DNA from: Macrostomum lignano
Lineage: Eukaryota
Direction: 5' to 3'
NCBI GenBank assembly: GCA_002269645.1
Contig: NIVC01004566.1
Coordinates: forward strand, 1 to 41,812
DNA: 41,812 nucleotides
Shown here: piece after piece, positions 1 through 11,607 of the stretch
Layout of the letters: every line of letters starts with the position of its first letter
Numbering within the stretch: position 1 is the first letter of the stretch
Translations under genes and position numbers: made by a program
The notes under the pieces: model-generated
Seen by the model: only the letters and a program-made list of their open reading frames with translations
What the model was told of the DNA's origin: nothing
The model's database searches: none

Positions 1-92
1 TCTATATTGGATTGTCGCATTATTTGAAAACATATTTTACTCACTATGGCTTGCAAAACTGCAATAGTTTAGCAATATTAAACTTTGCTTTT

Positions 93-1489
93 GGATCAGG
101 AGTATTATCATGGGGCGGATCAGGAGTGATTCTTGTGGGGTGGATCAGGAGTGACTCTCATGGGGTGGATCAGGAGTGATTGTCATGGCGGATCAAGAGT
201 GATTCTTGTGGGGCGGATCAGGAGTGATTCTTGTAGGCTGATCAGGATGATTCTTGTGGGGCGGATCAGGAGTGATTCTTGTGGGGCGGATCAGGAGTGA
301 TTCTAGTGGGGGCGGATCAGGAGTGATTCTTTGGGGCGGATCAGGAGTGATTCTTGTGGGGCGGATCAGGAGTTATTCTAGTGGGGCGGATCAGGAGTGA
401 TTCTTGTGGGGCGGATCAGGAGTGATTCTAGTGGGGCGGATCAGGAGTTATTCTAGTGGGGCGGATCAGGAGTGATTCTTGTGGGGCGGATCAGGAGTGA
501 TTCTAGTGGGGCGGATCAGGAGTTATTCTAGTGGGGCGGATCAGGAGTGATTCTTGTGGGGCGGATCAGGAGTGATTCTAGTGGGGCGGATCAGGAGTTA
601 TTCTAGTGGGGCGGATCAGGAGTGATTCTTGTGGGCGGATCAGGAGTGATTCTTGTGGGGCGGATCAGGAGTGATTCTTGTGGGTGGATCAGGAGTGACT
701 CTCATGTGGTGGATCAGGAGTGATTCTCATGTGGTGGATCAGGAGTGATTCTCATGGGGTGGATCAGGAGTGATTGTCATGGGGCGGATCAAGAGTGATT
801 CTTGTGGGGCGGATCAGGAGTGATTTTTGTAGGGCTGATCAGGAGTGATTCTCATGTGGTGGATCAGGAGTGATTCTCATGGGGTGGATCAGGAGTGATT
901 GTCATGGGCGGATCAGGAGTGATTCTTGTAGGGCTGATCAGGAGTGATTCTTGTGGGCGGATCAGGAGTGATTCTTGTGGGGCGGATCAGGAGTGATTCT
1001 AGTGGGCGGATCAGGAGTTATTCTAGTGGGGCGGATCAGGAGTGATTCTTGTGGGGCGGATCAGGAGTGATTCTAGTGGGGCGGATCAGGAGTTATTCTA
1101 GTGGGGCGGATCAGAGTGATTATCATGGGGCAGATCAGGAGTGATTCTCATGGGCGGATCAGGAGTGATTCTTGTAGGGCGGATCAGGAGTGATTCTTGT
1201 AGGGCGGATCAGGAGTGATTCTTGTGGGGCGGATCAGGAGTGATTCTTGTAGGGCGGATCAGGAGTGACTCTCATGGGGCAGATCAGGAGTGATTCTCAT
1301 GGGCGGATCAGGAGTGATTCTTGTAGGGCGGATCAGGAGTGATTCTTGTGGGCGGATCAGGAGTGACTTTCATATGGTGGATCAGGATCAGTGACTTTTA
1401 TATGGTGGATCAGGAGTGATTGTCATGGACGGGGGCAGATCAGGTGTGATTCTTGTGGGGCGGATCAGGAGTGACTCTAAGGGGGCGAA
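93..1489. repeat. Minisatellite, 24-25 bp unit GGGGCGGATCAGGAGTGATTCTTGT, with a local 75-bp three-unit higher-order repeat
   Basis: Unit visible throughout. The variant AGTTATTCTA recurs at 371, 446, 521 and 596 (period 75) and again at 1016 and 1091. Confidence 0.97.
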
Positions 1490-2350
1490 TGTAAAAGCAA
1501 CTGGCTCCTGCATTCACTTATTTTCGATTTAAATTGTATGCAGGAGAATATCCATAGATTCACTTGCAACAAGTCAGCTACTGAGATTTATAATTACAAA
1601 AGCACTTAACACTCGTAGACAGGGTGAAAGCCAAAGCTCAAGGCAAATTGAAACATGAAACTTTGCCCAGAGAGGAAATCCGGCTAGATCGAAGGTTTAA
1701 ACTTGACTCCAACCTGAGCCAGGTGCGCAAGCCCAGTCCCAGGACCAGCTACAGGCATTCTACACCGTGTATAGCTGTGTATAAGACAAGCAATATCTGA
1801 GCTATTAAAGTCTTGGCCACCTGCTCTCATCAGACAGTTGAATGTCTCGCGAGTATCGCGGGTTGCCACTCCGGCTCAGACAGCAGACAATACAAGCTAT
1901 TAATGTGATCGCAATGAGTAGAGGAAGTCAAAGACCAAGTTAAAGCGCTTAAAGTCGATCGGGCGGAAAATCCTCTTCTCCGAAATCAGATATCGGACGG
2001 ACAGACAGGCGGAGGATGAAAACAATGGCATTGCCGGGCCGTTCAGAAATGTTTTTTTCGCGGCAAGAACAGAAACCGAAGGAATCCATTTATAGTCGCC
2101 TTGGCACTTAGACAGCGAGACCAGATGTCACTGCGGACTTCCGATAAAAAAGGAGGCATTGGCAGATACCGTCTCATGACCGACTGACTGCTTTAACGGG
2201 GCACCTTTTTTCGATTGAAGCATTGATAAAAACTTTATTTTCAATCTGGTAGTTAAAAGCCAGTAGCCAGTGGCCAGAATTCTCGCGAATCGACCGTATA
2301 ACGAGAGATGACATGAAGAGATGACCGCCTTAAAAATATGATCGAGCTGT

Positions 2351-2920
2351 GGTGACCGACTCAAATCTAGTGATGATGACCGACTCAAATGAGCATCCAG
2401 TGCTGATGACCGACTCAAATGAGCGTCCAGTGCTGATTACCGACTCAAATGAGCATCCAGTGCTGATGACCGACTCAAATGAGCGTCCAGTGATGATGAC
2501 CGACTCAAATGAGCGTCCAGTGCTGATGACCGACTCAAATGAGCGTCCAGTGATGATGACCGACTCAAATGAGCGTCCAGTGCTGATGACCGACTCAAAT
2601 GAGCATCCAGTGCTGATGGCCGACTCAAATGAGCGTCCAGTGCTGATGACCGACTCAAATGAGCATCCAGTGCTGATGACCGACTCAAATGAGCATCCAG
2701 TGCTGATGACCGACTCAAATGAGCATCCAGTGCTGATGACCGACTCAAATGAGCATCCAGTGAAGATGACTGACTCAAATGAGCATCCAGTGCTGATGAC
2801 CGACTCAAATGAGCATCCAGTGAAGATGACAGACTCAAATGAGCATCCAGTGAAGATGACAGACTCAAATGGGCATCCAGTGATGATGACCGACTTAAGT
2901 GACCATGACGGACTCAAAAT
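2351..2920. repeat. Minisatellite, 30-bp unit GATGACCGACTCAAATGAGCATCCAGTGCT (~18 copies)
   Basis: Direct tandem copies; explains the repetitive ORFs 2349..2975, 2330..2917 and 2437..2868. Confidence 0.97.
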
Positions 2921-4037
2921 GACCAGCGACCAGTGCTACTGTGCTAGTGATGACAAAGTCAAATATTTTTGGTGATATAAATAAATAAAAGCACAAGACA
3001 ACAACCGTTATTTTGCTAGTATCTGATTACACTGATTTGCAAGACAATTAAATATCTTAAAGAATAAGCTTAATCTGGTCTTTAAGTTGTTATTTAGACA
3101 CTGGGGCTGACGAGACAGGGGTACTCGAAGAACAGTCTTCAATAACAACATTTATAAATGGCAAGTCCTATTAAATAAATAGACAAGCAAATTATTGCAG
3201 CTTCACATATAAGAAAGGTTGATTTTATCCAGACCCCGTCATCAATATTTCTAGCGCCCCCAGCATTGGGACAACACCAACAAATGTAACAAAACTAAAA
3301 ACACGGTCACGACACGTCTGTAGTTAATTTATTAAGAAAATACGCGCAAACTTTTTTATAATCATCAAAATTTACATTCATATTAGACTACTCAAAACAA
3401 AACAGTTAGTAGCGAGGGAGGGACCTGCCAATTGGAAATATATACGCTCGGAAAAAACTCTGCGCTTATCAACTTTTTAAGCACACTTTGTTGCGAAAAT
3501 TGTAGCATAGATTAATAAATAATAGAAGAAAAAAATTAATAAGGACAAGCGAACAGACACCAATTAAAATTTTATTGTCAAAAAAGCGATTATGCAATTT
3601 TTGAATGCATTAATCCAATCCAATACATTTCTGACGAGGAACAAAACGAATAAAAGGGCTAATCAACAAATAAAACTTAGAACAGTTATATCATAGCTTG
3701 CATGCGAAATACAACTGGATAGAGCTGTGAAGATCGAATCGAATACCGAACAGGCAGTTCTGATGTAGCATTTAAATTTGCCAGAATTTTAACACGGTCA
3801 AATTTTGCTATAATTTGTCTGAACAATCATATCAATGAATATTAATGAATTTTTGTAAATTACTAACTGGAATCAGTGCATACTGTTTTGCGTAATTAAT
3901 GAGCAAGCAATTATTAAGGTGTTATAAAATTATCCACTGCCGAGAAAATACCAAGTAGCGTATTACGAGGAACTATTCAATTTTCCTTTACCTTGAATAG
4001 TTTAGCAATTCATTGTATCCACTTTATAGTTTAATAT

Positions 4038-4308
4038 AATTGACTACACCTGCTCTAACGGCCAGATGTGCAACCGACAGCTCAGCCGCATGCTGCGTAC
4101 GGCTGTTCAGTCCAAGGACTGGGGGGGGGTCACCACACACCCTCAATTACCCCAGCTAATGCTGGCACCCATTTTACAGCTGGGTGAACTGAAGCAATGC
4201 AGAGTTAAGTGTCTTTGCTCAAGGACACAAATCGTTCCGATTAGGATTGGGAGTCGAACCCCGACCTTCAAGTCGTGAGTCGTGGGAGTAACCACTAGGC
4301 TAAAACCC
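4038..4308 (-). mobile_element. tRNA-derived SINE with CORE (MIR-like) central domain, apparently full length
   Basis: Minus strand has A box TAGCCTAGTGG (4302-4292) and B box GGTTCGACTCC (4260-4250). Plus-strand 4168-4230 (CCCATTTTACAG...AACTGAAGCA...GTTAAGTGTCTTTGCTCAAGGACAC) resembles the reverse complement of the MIR/CORE domain as recalled, not database-checked. Confidence 0.75.
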
Positions 4309-4377
4309 TTTAATATTAAAATAGATTAGCAATTCGTTTTATTCCCTTTACTACGGGACTGTAGCCTAGTCCCCCCT

Positions 4378-4522
4378 GCCCCCAGTCCCCGGACCGAACA
4401 GCCGTACGCAGCCTTCAGATGCGCCGCGCAATAGCTGCGGCTGAGCTGTCGGTTGCACATCTGCCACTTGGGCAGGTGTAATCAATTATTGTTATTATTA
4501 ATATTATTATTACTACTATTAT
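4378..4522 (+). mobile_element. 5'-truncated copy of the same SINE 3' tail (or partner LINE 3' end), ending in an (ATT)n-like tail
   Basis: Inverted match to 4038-4130 (GCGGCTGAGCTGTCGGTTGCACATCTG and GAACAGCCGTACGCAGC), followed by TAT/ATT repeats at 4487-4522. Confidence 0.7.
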
Positions 4523-4849
4523 GTAATATTGAATATATTAGCAATCCATTCTAATAGCCAACAAAATTAAAACAAAAAAGAATCCGGATTTCAAGTTAAG
4601 CCTACCAAAGCACAGTACCGATAGCAGCAAAATTATTTTTAGTCCAGAAAAAACGGAAAAATTTTGCAAGATCGATATTTCAATCATTAGTTTAGTTTGG
4701 CGCCTATTGCAATACAGAGGAGTCAAGCCGATGGGGTGTTGGGTAGCCTAGGACAAGCTCTTAATAACCCGACTAGTGCAGCTGAGCCGCGCTTGCTAAA
4801 AAGTTACAAACGAGTGCTTATGGGCCTATTGCCTGACTGTATTGGCTAG

Positions 4850-6866
4850 CTAGTTCCAAAAGTCGCCAGCAGCAAAAGCAGACTGCTGTTGAGCAGCGTA
4901 TTGCTGCGGCTGCTGCTGCTGTTGCGGAAAGCCAGCAGAATTGGCGGCACCTTTGAAGTTTAATCCGGCCATCTGGCTCTGTATCTGTGGGAATTGCCGC
5001 AAACGGTTAATATTACTAATACTATTAAAATTATTATTATTATACATTATTAGCTAAAGTTACTGAATTATTGTGGACATGGCGGGCCGCTGACAGAGCA
5101 AGTAAAAGGGCAAAGAAAGTTCAAATGAGCTTTGAAAATTTCATTGTTGAAAAAAGCAGTTGCAATGGCAGACACCCAAGCCGTGGAATGGGGCATTCGA
5201 AGTTAAAACCCAAATTTGAAGTCTCAAGGCCACAGAGAACTTCATTTATAGTATATACCATAGAAATGGATCTTATACTTAAGTATTGCGATTAAATATA
5301 TTTTTTCGTCTATGTCCATAGACTACTGACGATTAGTTTTCAGTAGTGCAAGCGAACATTTTTTGTCCCCGAGTCATTATTGGGTGTCATTTTCTATGCA
5401 TTGTCTGAATGGGGAGTGGCCTATCTAGTGTATATAAGATCTATAATCTATCCTACAATAAAGTGCTAAAAATTAGTATAGAGGAAACCAAATAAAAAAT
5501 ATTAAGCAACACTTACTTGTAGCAAATAAGCAGACTGATTATTGACATAGCCTGGTGGCTGAAATCCATAGTGCTGCTGCTGCTGCTGCTGTTGCTGAGA
5601 AGACGGTGTCGGCACGCCGCCAAATTGCGGCGGACCAAACTGCCCACCTGTTGAGTAGAGAGCGCCAGCAGTTTGACTGTACAGAGCCGAGAACTGCTGC
5701 TGCTGCTGCTGTTGAGGTTGATGTTGCTGCTGCAGAAATGGATATTGTTGCTGCTGCGAAAATGAATATTGCTGTTGCTGCTCCGGCATAGGCTGGTAGC
5801 CAGTTGAATTGGCTACAGAAGCTAGTTGAGGAGTACTCATCGAGTATTGCATCCCGCCAAAGTGTTGCTGCTGCTGATTGTGAGCTAGAAATCCGCCGCC
5901 TCCACTAGAAGCAGCAGCAGCAGCAGCGGTATTCTGCTGACCATACAAAGCCATGATAGAATCTTTCATAGATTTCTTTGGAGCAGCGGCGGTGTTCGCA
6001 GAATTAGAAGAATCGCTGGCAAACAGGTCGGCAGCAGTGGCGGTCGTGGCGCTGCCCTCGCTTAAGAATGCCAAATCGTTGGCGTGCGAGCTGGCGACTC
6101 CGCCACCGCCACCGCCGCCGCCGCCGCTAGAGAAGTCGCCAAATCCGTCATCGGCCAGACCGCCAAGCAGATCTGGCGGCGGCTGCTGCGGCACTGCTGA
6201 AGGAGGTGCCGGCTGCTGTGGCTGCTGCGGGGGCGGTTGCTCAGGCTTTGATTGAGACGCAGCCTGCGGCGGAGGCTTCACTGCCGCGGTGGTGTTGCCA
6301 GCAGAGCGCCTGGCTGGCGCGGGCGCGGGCGCCGGCAGCTTCGGCGACACGCCGTCAGCGGCGGCAGAGTTAGCAGCGGCGGCAGCTCGTCGCTGAGCAG
6401 TGTTGGTCTTGAGCAGATCGTACACAGCAGCTGGATCGGGTTTAGGCAGCACCCAGTCCCTGGCTAAGTAGCGCTTCTCCTCATACTTAGCCTTGATGAA
6501 CTGCTCAAGCGTGGCGTCCGTCTGCGGCCGACGGAATCCATCCGGCACGTTGGCCTCGTAGGCGGCTCTGGCTAGCGAGTTACCAATAGCGGCCACCCCA
6601 GCCACCTGTTCGGCTGTCCAGGAGTCCAAGTTGACAGATTTCACTCGCGAGATGTGCACGCCCAGCTTCCTGTGGATGCCGGCGCATCTGATGCAGAGGA
6701 ATACGCCAATGTTCCAGCTGGCCCAGCGGGGACTTTTAGCATCGCAGTCAGCGCAGTACTTATTGTCCTCGTCTCTTAGCAGCATGCCCAGCACGTCCTG
6801 GAGTAGGTCCTTCTCGCTCTTTGCAGCTGCCAGCTTGCCAGAGCGGTGTCCAGTGCTGGATGACAT
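4850..6866 (-). CDS. SMAP1: Stromal membrane-associated protein (SMAP1/2-type ArfGAP); exons 6866-5517 and 4984-4850, ~494 aa
   Basis: ArfGAP zinc finger [46 protein letters not shown] and the SMAP motif [11 protein letters not shown]. Donor CAA|GTAAGT (5516) and acceptor CCCACAG|ATA (4985) join in phase 0; stop TAG at 4852-4850. Confidence 0.93.
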
Positions 6867-7332
6867 AGCAAGGTCAGTAGGATTGTCTGCTTCAGCTATT
6901 AATGGGGTGACGCTACTCTAGGGGCTGGACTGCAGGTTCTAAAATAGAAAATTGGTATAGTCCATTTAACAATAAACGACTATAATAAGATAAATATTCT
7001 CTATTTAATTCTAGAGAATATTTATTATATTAAATAGCTTTCTAGGCTATAAGCAAAGTTGTTCATAAAAAAGGGATAACATTGGCCATAGACAAAATGA
7101 TAAATACCTTTTTCTACTTTGGTTAAAAGAATTATAAAGGGAGCTAAGAAAATTTATTACTTCTATCAACCTTACTATCCTTCTTTGCTAAATATTATTT
7201 GTAACCTATCAAAACATTAGAATATACAAGTAAAAATTTATTATTTCTATATTAATTAATTTAAAAAAAATATTACTAGGCCTATATTATCTTACACTTG
7301 ATGCATTTCAATCAACTCAGATTATTATCAAG

Positions 7333-7523
7333 CAGGTGCAGATCCAGGAATTTCTTGAGGGAGAGGCAACTTTTTTCATACTGCCCCGAGTAGGAACCTA
7401 CCCCAAGGCCTAAGCCCTTTCTTTATTTAGAAGGGGGCCAAAGGCCAAAAGCAGAATTTTTTTTGAGGCAGCTGAGGGGGGGGGGCCATGGCCCCCTTGC
7501 CCCCCTCCCAGGATCTGCCACTG
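7333..7523. mobile_element. hAT-type MITE (191 bp)
   Basis: Imperfect terminal inverted repeats CAGGTGCAGATCC / GGATCTGCCACTG, flanked by a perfect 8-bp target-site duplication TTATCAAG (7325-7332 and 7524-7531). An 8-bp TSD with 5' CAG is typical of hAT. Confidence 0.85.
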
Positions 7524-8159
7524 TTATCAAGCAATATAAACTTAAAGTCGCTTTTATTAGAAACACAGGTTATAAACAACGTGGATTATGTAAAAAGTGA
7601 ATTAAAAAATTTGTAGGCCCCCTACTCAAAGTTTTTAAGTATATTAGATCAAGATAAATTGAGCAAACAAGTGTTAGCAAAGTAAACAAAGTAAACAAAA
7701 CAGAGTGCAAAAAGTATATGTGCACTTCTTTTCTAAAAGACTCAGAGTAAATGGCCTACACCACCATGCACCAGCTAAGTATTTTATATTCAAATCAATA
7801 TAGGCCTATTCAATTCAAATATAAATTATAAGCCCCCTACCAATGACAAAGTTATCAAATCAAACTAAATATAGTAACTAACAATAGTATTAGGCCTAAT
7901 GTATAATGTTGTATGTTGTATTTATTAATTTTTAAATATAACTAGGGCATGAGATATTTAGACAATCTATTTGTCTTGTCTTAGTCTGGGTTTTATGCCT
8001 ACTAATTTGCTTTGTTAATGCTCATTGTGCTGGCACAGTGATAGTAACAAAAGAAATAATTTTGTATTAATTAACAACTCTTCAAAAGAGCACAAATAAA
8101 GGCTCTCCTGATCCTAGAGCAAGCAAAAGTCAACTAAAAATGTAAGAATAACTTAATAA

Positions 8160-9100
8160 GATATGTCGTCATAACTGACTAAAGTCCCTAGGCCGCCTAG
8201 CTCTAGGGCCTCGGCTTAAATAGTGATGACACTAAATCTGCAAAACAAAAATCATTAGATTTTTTATTTTTTTCACGTTTGAGTCACCAGTCACACAATC
8301 ATTATTAATATTGGTAAATGAGAAATGTGATATATTTTTGTGATGATTTCGTGATACTCTCATTTCTATAGATTTCAAGGACTACTTAAGTCATCCTTGA
8401 TAAATAAATTTCTTTCGGGCTGCTTTACACTTTTTTAAACAAAACATGTTAAACGAATTGCAAAATTAGACTTAAAAGTAAATTCAGCTATTCCTTACGC
8501 TTATTTATCACTTTTAAATTTAAAAAGCTTCACTACCTTTGATAAAACATTGTTTACAGAAAGTATCAATGTTGCTTTTAATTTATTATTGATTTTATAA
8601 TAATTCCAGTGACTATTCAATATTCGAGATTTTGTTGTGATCTGTTTGATCAAAAACACATAGTACATGCATGAGTGTTAAGACAGCGAAAGGTGCTTTT
8701 TTGTAGTAAATCAGCTGCAATAATAGCAATGAAGCTTACGTTAGCTAAATCTTGTTTGCATGGATTCCTGCCTCCTGCGCAGCGCACTATACGGCACTAG
8801 CATTATATATTTCAATGTTATAAATAATTTTCACCAAACAATTAGTTAATTATTTTTGAGCTTTAGAATAAATCATGTATCTTATTTCAAATTCTTATCT
8901 TAATGGATATTAGAGGTAGGTAGAAAGCTTAGAATTTTAGCAAAATTTTCTTTTTAGTCACACAGTTATGTAGTCAAGTTAAGCAGTGTGCTTATGTGCC
9001 TTTAGTTTGTTAATTTGTCAGTAGCTAGATGCACGTTTTAAGGACCGTTTCTTTCTATACAGTCACAGAAATAGAAAAATGAGTATTAAATGAATAAATC
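8160..9100. promoter_or_regulatory. Putative shared promoter region of the divergent SMAP/ROPN1L pair (CpG-retaining segment)
   Basis: Lies between head-to-head genes. CpGs are present here but rare in 6950-8150. Function inferred only. Confidence 0.3.
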
Positions 9101-9550
9101 GCTTTACTTTTTGATTTATCATATTGGCCTACCTATCATAAACCACTTGCTTTATGAATTTTAAATGATGCCTTTCTGGTATATCTAAATTGTTAAATGT
9201 TCTAAACACATAAAATATACTTCTCCACGAAATTAATTTTGAACCTAATTTTAACTTCAATATCATGGCCCAGTTGTTCCATTTTTTCTCTAGACTTTCT
9301 CTACTTTTCTACAACTTATAAACAAAGTTTACTTAAGAGTAAAAATAAGTTGTGCTTGTTTAATAACTCTTGATAAATATTTCCCTATTTTCTATATCTT
9401 TTTGAAGTCGAAGACCTACTTTATCAATAATTGTTTTCAATAATAAATAAACATTCTAGTTTTTTACTGTAAGTAATCCAAACATTTTTTCTTTCCAGTC
9501 GCCATAGTTTCAAGGCTTCAACAACCAAAATTATCATTCAAGGCTTGGCA

Positions 9551-11607
9551 ATGTCTGGTGAAAACAAAGACAATGGTGACCCCTACTACTGCTCGGAGCA
9601 GATTCAGATCCCGCCCCCATTGCCAGACATCCTGAAGCAATTCACCAAATCTGCAATCCGCACCCAGCCGCCAGATGTGCTGGCTTGGGCAGCCGCTTAC
9701 TTCCGTGCCATGGCCGACGGTGAAACTCCGCCAGTGAAGGAGCGCCTTGAGATGGCAACCGCAACGCAGAAGACGGACACCGGTCTCACTCCCGGTCTGC
9801 TCCGAGTGCTCAACAAGCAGCTGGGCCCAAAGAAGCAAGTTGAAGTAAGCGACATCACAGAAAAATGGAAGGCGCTAAATCTGCCGGAAGAGCGTCTGCA
9901 GGAACTGTTCCAGGTGAATACTGAATGCCATTCAGGGTGCAATCAGCGTATTTTTGTGATATTCGTTTTAGATAGCGAATCCTTTATTAAAATACAGTAT
10001 GCATACATTGTACCACCAGGAATGTGCTCTTAGCGGCTCGATAGTTCTAGCACAGTCCGCTCCGTTCAGCGGGTCAAAAATATTTTTATGACAGGCTGTT
10101 TTTTAGAGGAACTTGGCTCACCTAGCACCTGACTTGGTTACCCTAGCACCTGACAATTGGCTCACCTAGCACCTGACTTGGTTACCCTAGCACCTGACAA
10201 TTGGCTCCCCTAGCACCTGACTTGGTTACCCTAGCACCTGACTTGGCTCCCCTAGCACCTGACTTGGTTACCCCAGCACCTGACTTGGCTCCCCTAGCAC
10301 CTGACTTGGTTACCCCAGCACCTGACTTGGCTCCCCTAGCACCTGACTTGGTTACCCTAGCACCTGACAATTGGCTCCCCTAGCACCTGACTTGGTTACC
10401 CCAGCACCTGACTTGGCTCCCCTAGCACCTGACTTGGTTACCCCAGCACCTGACTTGGTTACCCCAGCACCTGACTTGGCTCCCCTAGCACCTGACTTGG
10501 TTACCCTAGCACCTGACAATTGGCTCCCCTAGCACCTGACAATTGGCTCCCCTAGCACCTGACAATTGGCTTCCCTAGCACCTGACAATTGGCTCCCCTA
10601 GCTCCTGACAATTGGCTCCCCTAGCTCCTGACGATTGGCTCCCCTAGCACCTGACAATTGGCTCCCCTAGCTCCTGACAATTGGCTCCCCTAGCTCCTGA
10701 CAATTGGCTCCCCTAGCACCTGACAATTGGCTCCCCTAGCACCTGACAATTGGCTCCCCTAGCACCTGACAATTGGCTCCCCTAGCTCCTGACAATTGGC
10801 TCCCCTAGCACCTGACAATTGGCTCCCCTAGCACCTGACAATTGGCTCCCCTAGCTCCTGACGATTGGCTCCCCTAGCTCCTGACAATTGGCTCCCCTAG
10901 CTCCTGACAATTGGCTCCCCTAGCTCCTGACGATTGGCTCCCCTAGCTCCTGACAATTGGCTCCCCTAGCACCTGACAATTGGCTCCCCTAGCACCCGGC
11001 GCCCCTAACAACTAAATCAATTTGCACCTTTTTGCACTGAGTTTGCGCCTTTGCAACTGAATTGACTCCCTTACAACTAACTTGGCGGCCTCTAGCAATT
11101 GAATCATTTGTCGCCCTAGCAACTGAAATTGCGCCCTAGAAACTGAATTGTCGCCCTTGCAACTGAATTGAAGCCCTTAAAACCTAACTTGGCGCCCCTG
11201 GAACCCAAAACGACCCTGCTGTATACCCTGTAACCAGTAGCAACACAACACCAAAACAAAATAACGCAAAGACTGGCGAACTCCTAACTACCCAGATCGG
11301 CGACTTCACTGGCAAAGTGGAATGGCTGAAATTCTTCGCCGTCGCTTGCGCCTCCCTGTGCAGCGACCTGACCGGCACCATGAAGCTCATCTGCGAGCAG
11401 CTCACCGCCGATCCTGAGGGCGGCCCGGCTCGAGTTAATTTCGACACTTGGAAGCGATTGTACACCTACCTGTACCAGCTGAACTCAGAGGCCGATCCGC
11501 AAGTGATGGAGGCGGCTCTCGGCTACCTGGCCTCGGATGTCGAGCGTCAGAAAGGCGTCATCCAGCCCAGGAACTTCCTGCACCAGGACTGCCCGCCGTT
11601 GCAGTGA
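9551..11607 (+). CDS. ROPN1L: Ropporin-1-like protein (RIIa dimerisation/docking domain; radial spoke RSP11-like); exons 9551-9913 and 11296-11607, 224 aa
   Basis: YCSEQIQIPPPLPDILKQFTKSAIRTQPPDVLAWAAAYF, then IGDFTGKVEWLKFFAVAC and ICEQLTADPEGGPARV. Donor CAG|GTGAAT (9914); acceptor CTAAC..CCCAG|ATC (11295); phase 0. Confidence 0.93.
10111..10997. repeat. Intronic minisatellite, 21-23 bp units (CCTAGCACCTGACTTGGTTAC / CCTAGCACCTGACAATTGGCTCC), degenerate extension to ~11200
   Basis: Direct tandem copies inside the ROPN1L intron. Confidence 0.96.

Noticed and set aside
1500-2340. Moderately GC-rich segment with gag-like text (EEVKDQVKAL; CFFRGK resembling a zinc knuckle)
   Set aside because: Fragments are short, in different frames and lack the CCHC spacing; cannot support a retroelement call without a search.
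2128-2975. Long ORFs on both strands (MTDSNEHPVL and SVISTGCSFE repeats)
   Set aside because: Translations of a 30-bp minisatellite. A unit length divisible by 3 keeps frames open; no domain or splice context.
5555-6921. Plus-strand ORFs overlapping SMAP
   Set aside because: Antisense shadows of a GC-rich, low-complexity CDS.
10182-10383. GARGAKSG / LAPDL repeat ORFs
   Set aside because: Intronic minisatellite translations.
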